A stretch of DNA of 63,726 bases from Candidatus Kaiserbacteria bacterium (GTDB lineage Bacteria > Patescibacteriota > Minisyncoccia > Phycocordibacterales > UBA918). Below the pieces are notes generated by a model. It did no database searches and was not told where the DNA came from. It saw only the letters and a program-made list of their open reading frames with translations. This document shows positions 1-9,020 of this stretch, in pieces. Position 1 is the first letter of the stretch, and each line of letters opens with the position of its first letter. Made by a program: the position numbers and the translations under genes. The stretch lies in assembly GCA_020428905.1 (NCBI GenBank), contig JAGQLY010000002.1, positions 1 to 63,726 on the forward strand. Reading direction: 5' to 3'.

Positions 1-381
1 AAGACGCTCCAATTCTGCCGAAGAAATGAGATCAAGCGAGCGTTCCGGCACCTTGGCGAGCTCGATACGCTCCGGGTTGAGCGACGCGACATTCCGCTTG
101 CGGAGGTACTTAAGAAACGCCCGCAGAGCGATGAGGTAGTAGTTTTGTGTTTTACGCTTAAGGGTGTCCGTCTGACGACCTTGCTTGGTACCTGGTTGAC
201 GGTTGAGCCAAAGACGGTACTCTCGCACCATGTTTTCGGTTATTGCTTTGGGGTTGTCGGTCTTTGCATAGTCGAGAAAGCGGGTGAGGTAGTGATCGTA
301 GTTGCTCACCGTATGCAAACTACGCCCCTTTTCTATTTCAAGGTATTCAAGAAATTCTCGTTTGAGGTCTTGGAGTGACAT
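1..381 (-). CDS. Tyrosine recombinase (XerC/XerD-like), N-terminal part; gene continues past the left window edge
   Basis: Minus-strand frame opens at ATG 381..379 and has no stop inside the window, so it is absent from the ORF track. My translation is MSLQDLKREFLEYLEIEKGRSLHTVSNYDHYLTRFLDYAK...KRKTQNYYLIALRAFLKYLRKRN. This fits the SAM-like core-binding domain of phage-integrase-family recombinases. Confidence 0.7.
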   Translation of the reverse strand, partial: MSLQDLKREFLEYLEIEKGRSLHTVSNYDHYLTRFLDYAKTDNPKAITENMVREYRLWLNRQPGTKQGRQTDTLKRKTQNYYLIALRAFLKYLRKRNVASLNPERIELAKVPERSLDLISSAELERL

Positions 382-465
382 AGGACTTCTATAGTGTACC
401 GTATACGTCGCACAATGTTATACGGCGACTCCGTACATACATTCGATCCAGCACTACAGCAGGGG

Positions 466-494
466 TTGCAAAATATGTCAATCTATGGTAGAAT
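466..494 (+). promoter_or_regulatory. Putative sigma70-type promoter upstream of rpsO
   Basis: TTGCAA (466-471), 17-nt spacer, TAGAAT (489-494), about 75 nt upstream of the rpsO ATG. Confidence 0.45.
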
Positions 495-570
495 AGAGTT
501 ACTTCGCTCAATTATTGTAGTGTCCGCTGACGGTGCGTATCTACACCGAACATGCGCGAAATAAGGAATT

Positions 571-837
571 ATGTTAACAAAACGAAAGAAAGAAAACGCA
601 CTTAAGGAGGTGCGCCGACATGATAGCGACACCGGTTCTCCGGAAGCACAGGTGGCACTCCTTACCAAGCAGATTGACGAGCTTTCTAAACACCTCAAGA
701 AGAATAGGAAAGACTTTCACTCACGCCGCGGTCTCTTGCAGATGGTCGCCGACCGACGCAAGCACCTTCGGTATCTTGAACGAAAGGACGCAAAAGCCCA
801 TAGGGCGCTCGTAAAAAAATTCGGACTCAAGGCGTAA
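571..837 (+). CDS. rpsO: 30S ribosomal protein S15
   Basis: 88 aa. DTGSPEAQVALLTKQIDELSKHLKKNRKDFHSRRGLLQMVADRRKHLRYL is a typical S15 sequence. Confidence 0.95.
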   Translation: MLTKRKKENALKEVRRHDSDTGSPEAQVALLTKQIDELSKHLKKNRKDFHSRRGLLQMVADRRKHLRYLERKDAKAHRALVKKFGLKA

Positions 838-1009
838 CGGACAGCATACTGATGCGCGGGCGTTTCTTCTTTGGAAGAAACGCCCGTATCCGTATCGTCA
901 CTAACGTATTCCGCGTGCTGCGGTATACTACTCGGGGGAGCATTGTTTCTATACGCAACACCTCTCTCCCTGGCGAAATTATTTTATACGAATTGTAATT
1001 GTTATTTAC

Positions 1010-1579
1010 ATGTCTGTTATCAAACATGAAGATCAACGTGTTGCTGTATTTATCGACACACAAAACCTCTATCACAGTGCAAAAAACCTCTACAAAGCAA
1101 AGGTGAACTTCGACGCAGTAGTGAAGGCCGCTGTGGGTGGACGCAAACTTATTCGCGCTATTTCCTACGTGGTCACCACCGAAACCGGGGAGGAGCAGTC
1201 CTTTTTCGAGGCGCTCGAAAAAATCGGTATCGAGGTTAAGACCAAAGATCTCCAAATCTTCTTTGGTGGTGCCAAGAAAGCCGATTGGGATGTCGGTATG
1301 GCGATCGACGCAATCAAACATTCCCATAAAGTAGACGCCATTGTGCTCGCAACCGGAGACGGGGACTTCATACCACTTGTTGAGTATGTCAAAAATCACG
1401 GTTGTCAGGTAGAAGCGATTTCTTTTGGTAAATCCTCGTCATCTCGACTTCGAGAAGTTGTAGACGACTTTATCGATATGGACGTCGACCCAAAACAGTT
1501 TCTTATTGGTGCCCGCGGCGGCAATCGCTTCAAGCGCAGTATCAAAAAAGTAGTCGGCACAGATACCGACGAGCTCTAA
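1010..1579 (+). CDS. NYN/LabA-like (DUF88) putative ribonuclease-domain protein
   Basis: 189 aa. VAVFIDTQNLYHS ... WDVGMAIDAI ... IVLATGDGDFIPLVEYVKNHG matches the acidic-residue pattern of the NYN/LabA fold. Confidence 0.8.
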   Translation: MSVIKHEDQRVAVFIDTQNLYHSAKNLYKAKVNFDAVVKAAVGGRKLIRAISYVVTTETGEEQSFFEALEKIGIEVKTKDLQIFFGGAKKADWDVGMAIDAIKHSHKVDAIVLATGDGDFIPLVEYVKNHGCQVEAISFGKSSSSRLREVVDDFIDMDVDPKQFLIGARGGNRFKRSIKKVVGTDTDEL

Positions 1580-1593
1580 GGATCGATCCCAAG

Positions 1594-1630
1594 CCGCCGG
1601 CGCCCTTCGGGCGCCGGCGGTTTTCTTTTC
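1594..1630 (+). terminator. Rho-independent terminator-like hairpin between the NYN gene and pnp
   Basis: CCGCCGGCGCC / GGCGCCGGCGG stem with a CTTCG loop, followed by TTTTCTTTTC. Confidence 0.85.
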
Positions 1631-1735
1631 CTTTAGTTTTGCTACACTCTACTAGCATTACCAACGAGCGATTTGGGTACCAGCTTTTCATGTACTGAAA
1701 ATCTGCAACTCGTATCGCTCACAACAGCACAAACA

Positions 1736-3883
1736 ATGGAGAAAAAAACATACACGACCACGATCGGCGGCGAAACACTGACCGCCGAATTTACCAACCT
1801 CACTAATCAGGCGCATGGATCAGTCATTCTCAAAATGGAGGAGACAGTGGTCTTGGTCACTGCCGTTATGGGCGAGGAGGAGAAAGCGGGCATGCCATAC
1901 TTCCCGCTTTCGGTTGAATTCGAGGAGAAGTACTATGCTGCCGGACAAATTCTTGGGAGTCGCTTTATGCGTCGCGAGGGTCGCCCCAGCGACGGGGCGG
2001 TACTTTCAGCGCGCATCGTCGATCGCACCATTCGGCCTCTGTTCGACCACAGTATTCGCTTTGATGTACAAGTTGTCATCTCGGTACTCGCAATGGGGAA
2101 GCGTGATCCTGATGTTCTTGGTGTGATAGGTGCGTCACTCGCACTTGGTACCTCCAACATTCCATGGGGCGGACCGGTGGGTGCGGTTCGTATTGGCAAA
2201 CGCAATGATACCGGAGATATGGTTGTTAACCCAACATATCAAGAACGGGAAGCGGGTGGGCTCGCGTACGAGGTCCTCGCCTGCGGCAAAGACGGTAACG
2301 TGAATATGATCGAAACAGCAGGACATGAGATACACGAAGAAGATATTGTAGCTGCACTTACTGAGTCGGTTGCACTCAACACCGCACTGGAGACTTGGCA
2401 AAAAGAAATTATTGCCGAGATCGGAAGAGAGAAGCGTGTCCTCGCCCCAACTCCAATCCCCGAAGAAGTACGCACACTCTTTGAGACCGAAATCGCACCC
2501 AAAATCTCGGGCGTGCTTTTCTCAAATCGCTCAGGCAAGGGTCATCTCTATGCGCTCAAAAAAGAGTGGCTCACACTTCTTGGTGAACGCGTTGAAGGCG
2601 CGGACACTGCGCAAGCGGGAGATCTCTTTGAGCATGCGATTGATGCCGAGCTTCACCGAGGAGCTATTGAAGACGGTGTCCGCGCCGACGGTCGTGGTAT
2701 GGATGAAGTGCGTGAGCTCTATGCACAAGCGGGAGGTATTTCGCCCGCACTTCACGGAAGCGGTATCTTCTACCGCGGTGAGACACATATCTTTACCGCA
2801 CTTACCCTCGGCGGCCCCGACGATTCACAAATTCTCGACACCATCGAAGAGGACGGAACGAAGAAGCACTTCATGCACCACTACAATTTCCCACCATTTT
2901 CTGTGGGGGAGGCAGGACGTGTTGGCGGCTTCAATCGACGCATGATCGGCCACGGTGCACTCGCCGAAAAAGCACTCGCTGCGGTGATCCCTCCGAAAGA
3001 GCAGTTCCCGTATACCATTCGTCTCGTTTCTGAAACGATGGCCTCAAACGGCTCGAGCTCAATGGGATCGGTCTGTGCTTCAACACTCGCGCTCCTTGAT
3101 GGTGGTGTGCCGATACTTCGACCGGTTGCGGGTATCGCGTCGGGTCTCATGATGAAAAGTCCAACCGAGTATACACTCCTCACAGATATCCAGGGACCAG
3201 AAGACGAGTATGGCGACATGGACTTCAAGGTCGCAGGAACACGTGAGGGTATCACTGCAATTCAGATGGATATCAAGGTAGACGGCATCCCCGTACCAAT
3301 CCTCGCCGAAGCGCTCGAGAAGGCACGACTCGCGCGACTGCAGATTCTTGATGTGCTTGAGCAGGAGATTGCCACTCCGCGTCCAGACATTTCCCCGCGC
3401 GCACCAAAGATTGTGGTACTCACTATTGACCCCGACCAAATCGGCCTGGTAATCGGCAGTGGCGGCAAAACGATCAACGGCATCAAAGATGACACCGGCG
3501 TCGAAGAAATCACCATCGAAGATGATGGTACTGTCTACATCACCGGCAAAAACGGTACAGCCGAAGCGGCCGAGGTTCGCATTCGCGACCTCACTCGCAT
3601 CTTCGTGGTGGGCGAACGACTTGATGCGACCATCACCCGCATTGCCGACTTCGGCGCATTCGCAAAACTCAATGATCAGAACGAGGGACTCATTCATGTT
3701 TCTGAAATCGCACCATTCCGAATTGAGAAGGTGGGTGCTGTGCTCTCTGTTGGAGAGGTCGTGCCGGTTGTTGTGTCGAAAGTAGAGGATGGAAAAATCG
3801 GTCTCTCGATTAAACGCGCCGATGAGGACTTTCTGGCGCGGAAGGGGATAACACCATCTGCACCAAAGCGACCAACACCGTAG
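1736..3883 (+). CDS. pnp: Polyribonucleotide nucleotidyltransferase (PNPase)
   Basis: Two RNase PH-like halves, then KH (IGLVIGSGGKTINGIKDDTG) and S1 (ADFGAFAKLNDQNEGLIHVSEI) domains. Start placed at the internal ATG (MEKKTYTT); the ORF track opens at 1673. Confidence 0.95.
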   Translation: MEKKTYTTTIGGETLTAEFTNLTNQAHGSVILKMEETVVLVTAVMGEEEKAGMPYFPLSVEFEEKYYAAGQILGSRFMRREGRPSDGAVLSARIVDRTIRPLFDHSIRFDVQVVISVLAMGKRDPDVLGVIGASLALGTSNIPWGGPVGAVRIGKRNDTGDMVVNPTYQEREAGGLAYEVLACGKDGNVNMIETAGHEIHEEDIVAALTESVALNTALETWQKEIIAEIGREKRVLAPTPIPEEVRTLFETEIAPKISGVLFSNRSGKGHLYALKKEWLTLLGERVEGADTAQAGDLFEHAIDAELHRGAIEDGVRADGRGMDEVRELYAQAGGISPALHGSGIFYRGETHIFTALTLGGPDDSQILDTIEEDGTKKHFMHHYNFPPFSVGEAGRVGGFNRRMIGHGALAEKALAAVIPPKEQFPYTIRLVSETMASNGSSSMGSVCASTLALLDGGVPILRPVAGIASGLMMKSPTEYTLLTDIQGPEDEYGDMDFKVAGTREGITAIQMDIKVDGIPVPILAEALEKARLARLQILDVLEQEIATPRPDISPRAPKIVVLTIDPDQIGLVIGSGGKTINGIKDDTGVEEITIEDDGTVYITGKNGTAEAAEVRIRDLTRIFVVGERLDATITRIADFGAFAKLNDQNEGLIHVSEIAPFRIEKVGAVLSVGEVVPVVVSKVEDGKIGLSIKRADEDFLARKGITPSAPKRPTP

Positions 3884-3897
3884 GTGCTCCCTTTTGA

Positions 3898-3935
3898 GAA
3901 ACGCGCGCCCACTGGAGTGGGCGCGCGTTTCTTTT
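3898..3935 (+). terminator. Rho-independent terminator after pnp
   Basis: GAAACGCGCGCCC / GGGCGCGCGTTTC stem followed by a T-run. Confidence 0.85.
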
Positions 3936-3956
3936 CATGCCATACTACACAGCAGT

Positions 3957-5315
3957 ATGTCGGAACCAACACAACACACAGCCAACACCACCTCCGAACC
4001 GCGTGCATATCAGAAACAACACTCGGTCCTTACGAACGAGGGGGATGTGTTTGATATCATTGGTGCCGAAAAAGGGATCGTCGAACAGGGCACCATCGTG
4101 ACCGACAAAAAACGCGAACGTCGATCGATGTGGTCGGTCGTACGTGACGCATCGAAGGAGTGGGCTGGGGGGGCGAGGTCCCGCGTAGAACAGCTACCAA
4201 TTTTTACCAAAGAGCCGGGGCTTACTGTTGCTGATCCCCGCGAGCGCGTCGAGGTCATCACTGAAGCGGCAACCTTCGGCAAACAACGCCCCTCAGATGA
4301 TCACAAATCGGTCATCTCCCGCATCAAAACACTAGAGAGTGACGCCCGTCATATATCGCACCAACCAATCACGCTCAGGGAGGCGCCGAAACCCAGACCA
4401 GCTCAGTGGGGGCACTTTGTGGGAGAAACAGCAACACAACCGAGAACGATTCCTCCCGAGCGTTCCACACCACCGCCGGCCCCGCTACCGACGGCACCCC
4501 CAACACCCAAACCGCTGCCGACAGCTCCATCTGCCCCACAACAAAGCGCCCCAGAAACCACCGCATCAGCAGTGTTCCACGGTGCATCACAGCAAGAAAA
4601 GAGCGTGCCGAGAGTTTCCCGTCGCACAACGAGTATCCTTCACGCATTCTTTGCGCACCGAAAGTCACTTGCTGTCGGGCTCCTTGGCGTGCTCCTCATT
4701 GGCAGCGGAACATCGTGGTATCTTGCTCGTCCAACACAACCGGTCGCCACAGAACCTCCCGCAGCACCGTCGTTTTTCCCAGTAACGCTTCAGACACCAA
4801 TCCTACTGAACCCGTCCACCGGCACGTTCCACGAAAGTCTTGCCGCACATCGAAACATCAATACGAGCGAAATAGAACAACTCTACCCAGTGGTGACCGT
4901 TGGCAGCTCCACCCCAACAACCACGAGTGAGCTGTTGTCGGTACTTGCACCACACCTCAATCCGGCACTCGCGCGTACCGCAGACGAAACCAGTATGGTT
5001 GGGTTTGTGACTGTGGACGAGAAGCGTGAGCCATTCATCATCATATCGGTACCTTCGTTTGATACCACCTTCGGAAGCATGCTTGCCTGGGAAGCACAGC
5101 TCACGACGGACCTGTACCCCTTCTTTTCCGTGACACACACCGCCTCCTTCTCCGACATCCAAATTGAAGGACAGAGTATGCGCGCGCAGTATTTCACACC
5201 GGGTACCACTGCTGCAGTCTACGGATTTGTCGGACGAAACTTTCTTATCATCACAGAAACGCCGAACGCCTTTGTGACACTTTCTCTCCTGATACAACAA
5301 AGCATCGCTCCGTGA
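3957..5315 (+). CDS. Hypothetical single-pass membrane protein with Pro-rich linker
   Basis: The long ORF sits after the pnp terminator. It has a Pro-rich stretch (PPERSTPPPAPLPTAPPTPKPLPTAPSAP) and one TM helix (LAVGLLGVLLIGSGTSWYLA). No family recognised. Start taken at MSEPTQ. Confidence 0.6.
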   Translation: MSEPTQHTANTTSEPRAYQKQHSVLTNEGDVFDIIGAEKGIVEQGTIVTDKKRERRSMWSVVRDASKEWAGGARSRVEQLPIFTKEPGLTVADPRERVEVITEAATFGKQRPSDDHKSVISRIKTLESDARHISHQPITLREAPKPRPAQWGHFVGETATQPRTIPPERSTPPPAPLPTAPPTPKPLPTAPSAPQQSAPETTASAVFHGASQQEKSVPRVSRRTTSILHAFFAHRKSLAVGLLGVLLIGSGTSWYLARPTQPVATEPPAAPSFFPVTLQTPILLNPSTGTFHESLAAHRNINTSEIEQLYPVVTVGSSTPTTTSELLSVLAPHLNPALARTADETSMVGFVTVDEKREPFIIISVPSFDTTFGSMLAWEAQLTTDLYPFFSVTHTASFSDIQIEGQSMRAQYFTPGTTAAVYGFVGRNFLIITETPNAFVTLSLLIQQSIAP

Positions 5316-5351
5316 TACCATACACAAGTATCAACACTTAACCTCACAATC

Positions 5352-5732
5352 ATGTCCATCGATACTGCCGCATATAAGACAAAGTTGCTCGCGATGCAAG
5401 ACGAACTTACTACAGAACTCTCGACGGTCGGTATTCACAACCCTGAGGTCGAAAGCGACTGGATCGCCATACCGGAAGAAATGAACGAGACACTTCCTGA
5501 CCTAAACGATGCTGCCGACCGTGTCGAGGAATGGGACGAGCGTCGGGCGCTCGTAGCAACACTCGAGAACCGTTACAACGCGATCAAGCGTGCACTCAAA
5601 AAAATCGAAGACGGTGGGTACGGTGTCTGTGAACTCGGCGGAGAAACGATCGAGGAGGCGCGCCTTGCAGCAAACCCAGCCGCACGCACCTGCATGACAC
5701 ACAAAGAATCCGAATCTGAACTTCCTGCATAA
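5352..5732 (+). CDS. DksA/TraR-family protein with only two Cys at the zinc-finger positions
   Basis: 126 aa. A coiled-coil N-terminal half is followed by GGYGVCELGGETIEEARLAANPAARTCMTH. This has the DksA C-terminal layout, but reads CxxG...CxxH instead of CxxC...CxxC. Confidence 0.7.
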   Translation: MSIDTAAYKTKLLAMQDELTTELSTVGIHNPEVESDWIAIPEEMNETLPDLNDAADRVEEWDERRALVATLENRYNAIKRALKKIEDGGYGVCELGGETIEEARLAANPAARTCMTHKESESELPA

Positions 5733-5738
5733 CACTCT

Positions 5739-7259
5739 ATGGCAATAGCACGTGCAGTTTCCATACAACCCTCAGTTACTCGCGGCGATGTGGTCACGAT
5801 AGAAACAGACCTTTCTCGGGGTCTGTATTCGTTTGCTGTTGTTGGTCTTCCCGGTAAGGCGGTCGAGGAGGCGCGCGATCGTGTCGGTAGCGCAATTAAA
5901 AATTCTGGCTTTACCTCACCAAAGAGTGAAAATCAAAAGGTGGTCGTCTCGCTCGCGCCAGCTGATCTCAAGAAGGAGGGGTCGTTGTTCGACCTCCCGA
6001 TTGCACTCTCATATTTGGTCGCTGCACAAAAGGTGCACGCCGACCTGACCCACACCATCTTGGTCGGTGAGCTCGGTCTTGACGGTACACTGCGTCCGGT
6101 CCGTGGTGTGTTGCAGATTGCGCAAGCGGCGGCACAAAAAGGCTTCGTGGAAGTGGTCGTCCCGAAAGAGAACGAACGTGAAGCGGCACTCATTCCGAAC
6201 ATTCGTGTCATTGGATCAACAACACTCATTGAAGTCGTTAGGCACCTCGATCACACTCGCGACGATCACGCCCGTATCGCTACAACTCCACCTACCGATA
6301 TACCCGACGGCTGGCATGAAGGGACCGTACGTCTTGAGGATATCCGCGGACAAGAGAGTGCTAAACGCGGACTCATCATTGGTGCAGCCGGACGACACAA
6401 CAGTCTCATGGTCGGTCCGCCTGGCACCGGTAAGACCATGCTCGCCCGCACCTTTCAGTCGCTCTTGCCGCCGCTTTCAACCGACGAGGCACTCGAAGTG
6501 TGTGCGATTCATTCTATCGCTGGCGAACCGGGAACCATTTCCTCCCAACCACCATTCCGAGCACCCCATCATACCGCCTCACACACCTCGCTCGTAGGTG
6601 GCGGTGCCAACCCACGCCCCGGAGAGGTCACTTTGGCGCACCGCGGCGTACTCTTTCTCGACGAACTACCTGAATTTGAACGAAGAAGCATCGACGCACT
6701 GCGCCAGCCGCTTGAGGATAGGGTGGTATCAATTTCCCGAGTTCAGTCATCGGCGCTCTTTCCTGCGGACTTCATTCTTGTCGCCGCACTCAACCCCTCT
6801 CGTGGCGGAGATGCGGGCGCCGACTATGCATCCCAGATGCTAGAAACCTACAAAAACAAAATCTCCGGCCCCATACTCGACCGTATTGATTTGTGGCTTC
6901 CGGTACCGCACGTTGACTACAATACGCTGACAGCAAAGCGCGAACGTTCTGCTGTCTCAGATGAAACGACACGCGCTCGCGCACAGATAGCGGCGGCACG
7001 ACGACGTCAGGCAGAACGATTTAAAAGTGTCGGTATCACTACGAACGCCGAAATGTCGGCTCGCGATATTGAGACATTCATTGAGCTTTCTAATGAAGTA
7101 CGCGATCTCCTTAAAACATCCGCACAAAAACTGAAACTTTCTCCGCGCAGTTACCATCGGCTTATTAAGGTCGCCCGGACAATCGCAGACCTCGGTGGGG
7201 AAGACACACTTGCCCCCACCCACGTACTCGAGGCGCTCCAGTACCGAGTGAACATGTAG
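5739..7259 (+). CDS. comM: Mg-chelatase-like AAA+ protein YifB/ComM
   Basis: 506 aa. Lon-like N-domain (VVGLPGKAVEEARDRV), Walker A (GPPGTGKTM), GVLFLDELPEF, and a C-terminal RSYHRLIKVARTIADL. Confidence 0.9.
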   Translation: MAIARAVSIQPSVTRGDVVTIETDLSRGLYSFAVVGLPGKAVEEARDRVGSAIKNSGFTSPKSENQKVVVSLAPADLKKEGSLFDLPIALSYLVAAQKVHADLTHTILVGELGLDGTLRPVRGVLQIAQAAAQKGFVEVVVPKENEREAALIPNIRVIGSTTLIEVVRHLDHTRDDHARIATTPPTDIPDGWHEGTVRLEDIRGQESAKRGLIIGAAGRHNSLMVGPPGTGKTMLARTFQSLLPPLSTDEALEVCAIHSIAGEPGTISSQPPFRAPHHTASHTSLVGGGANPRPGEVTLAHRGVLFLDELPEFERRSIDALRQPLEDRVVSISRVQSSALFPADFILVAALNPSRGGDAGADYASQMLETYKNKISGPILDRIDLWLPVPHVDYNTLTAKRERSAVSDETTRARAQIAAARRRQAERFKSVGITTNAEMSARDIETFIELSNEVRDLLKTSAQKLKLSPRSYHRLIKVARTIADLGGEDTLAPTHVLEALQYRVNM

Positions 7260-7307
7260 CCCGACTTGAACTAGGCGCCGATCGGCGTATAGTACAGAGG
7301 TACTCCT

Positions 7308-8255
7308 ATGCGCTTTAATGTCTTTCTTATTCTTATACTAGTCGGTGTCGGTGGCATCATTTACTACAAAGACGGCGGTCATGTGCCGGAAGGGATGGTC
7401 GGTTGGTTTGAGAAATCTGAAGACATTGCCGAGGACGAGCCGGAGACCGCAGCGACATCCGGCAGCTCGCAGACAGCTACCCCAAACACGCCAATCCTTT
7501 CGGGGGAACCGAATTCCGAACCAGTCGGAACCTTCACTCCTAGTCCGCCTCTCGCTGAATACTATGAACCGCTGTCTCCCTATGCGGGTAGGGTAACTCT
7601 TAAGAAGGGTGGTGCCTCGGCAACTGATGTTGACAAAGAGTACATCGAGCTCGTTGCCGCTTCGAGCAACGACGCCGCTCTCACTATTTCTGATTGGACA
7701 ATCGAAAGCGTACCGACGCAACGCACCGAGGAAATTCCTCAGGGGATACGCACACTCGAAAGCACCTACTATCGATCAACAAAGCCCCTCACTCTTTTAC
7801 CCGGAGAACAAGCATACCTCGTGACCGGTAAATCACCACTCTTCGTATCCTTTAGAGAAAATCGCTGCACTGGCTATCTCACCAACACACGGACTTTCAC
7901 ACCAAATCTTGGGAAGCGCTGTCCGCTCCCTACCGACGAACTCCTGCGCTATGGAGAGAATATTCGTGACGACGATGACCGCTGTTATACCTTCGTCTCC
8001 GACATACGTCAGTGCGAAACGACGAGTGATGCTGAGCTCGATGCGGCCCGACTCCCCATGAGCTGTGACCAATTTATTGAAAACACCCTGAGCTACGATG
8101 GTTGTGTTGACACACACAAGACAGACACTGATTTCTTTACGTCAGGCGGTTGGCGTATCTATTTGGGTGCATCACGCGAATTGTGGTTGAGCACACATGA
8201 GACCATTCGACTACGCGACGCCGATGGCGGCGTGGTTGCTGTGCTACAGTACTAA
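7308..8255 (+). CDS. Membrane-anchored lamin-tail-domain (LTD)-like protein with a conserved 6-Cys C-terminal module (paralogue of 44159-45070)
   Basis: N-terminal TM helix. An LTD-like segment reads KEYIELVAASSNDAALTISDWTIES. The following module, FRENRCTGYL..RCP..DRCY..QCE..SCDQF..DGCV..IRLRDADGGVVAVLQY, aligns residue-for-residue with the other copy. Confidence 0.6.
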   Translation: MRFNVFLILILVGVGGIIYYKDGGHVPEGMVGWFEKSEDIAEDEPETAATSGSSQTATPNTPILSGEPNSEPVGTFTPSPPLAEYYEPLSPYAGRVTLKKGGASATDVDKEYIELVAASSNDAALTISDWTIESVPTQRTEEIPQGIRTLESTYYRSTKPLTLLPGEQAYLVTGKSPLFVSFRENRCTGYLTNTRTFTPNLGKRCPLPTDELLRYGENIRDDDDRCYTFVSDIRQCETTSDAELDAARLPMSCDQFIENTLSYDGCVDTHKTDTDFFTSGGWRIYLGASRELWLSTHETIRLRDADGGVVAVLQY

Positions 8256-8258
8256 CAT

Positions 8259-8966
8259 ATGAATCTTTCAGTGCTTTGGGACCTGCGCGGCATCATGCGA
8301 AGGCACACTCTTTCGCTTATAGGTTCGTATACCGACGACGATGCCATCATCTTTGAGTTTACCCTCCCCAAAGGCCTGCGCTGGGAAGCGGGACAACACG
8401 GCCTGTTCACACTCCCGCGAAAAAAGGTGCACGGCCAGCGGTGGCGCGCCTTTAGTATCGCCTCTGTACCAGAAGAAGGTTGTGTTCGTATTGCCACAAA
8501 GATACCCGAAACACCAAGCAGCTTCAAGCAGGTACTCCGGTCATTCGTGCCCGGAGACACTATTACTCTCTACGGACCGTATGGGTGGCTTCGTCTTCAG
8601 GATACCACCACCCCAGTGATATGCGTCGCAGGCGGCATTGGCATCACACCATTTCGTGCCCTCTTTAAATCATTCGAGCAAACGAACACACGAATTGTGG
8701 AACTTGTATACGCATGTCCGCAGACATACTACTTCAAAGAATTTCTCGATGAGGTGGCACAGAAAGACCCTCACATACGCATCACCTATACACGTACCGT
8801 AGAGGAGACCAACGCGGCAATAACACAGGCAGTCCATGCGCACGGAACAGAAAGTTATTACCTGATTTCAGGAGCCCCCGGCATGATCAAAGGTGTGGGC
8901 GCACTACTTCGTGCACAAAGGGTGCCTCGACAGCGTATTCTCTCAGATTCTTTCCGTGGGTACTAA
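8259..8966 (+). CDS. Ferredoxin-NADP reductase-like FAD/NAD(P)-binding oxidoreductase module
   Basis: RWRAFSIASVP (RxYS-type FAD motif) and VICVAGGIGITPFRALF (NAD-binding GGxGxxP). Confidence 0.75.
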   Translation: MNLSVLWDLRGIMRRHTLSLIGSYTDDDAIIFEFTLPKGLRWEAGQHGLFTLPRKKVHGQRWRAFSIASVPEEGCVRIATKIPETPSSFKQVLRSFVPGDTITLYGPYGWLRLQDTTTPVICVAGGIGITPFRALFKSFEQTNTRIVELVYACPQTYYFKEFLDEVAQKDPHIRITYTRTVEETNAAITQAVHAHGTESYYLISGAPGMIKGVGALLRAQRVPRQRILSDSFRGY

Positions 8967-9020
8967 CGATGCAACGATAAAACCACGGGGGCCAACGGCT
9001 CCCGCGGTTTTATCGTGTCC

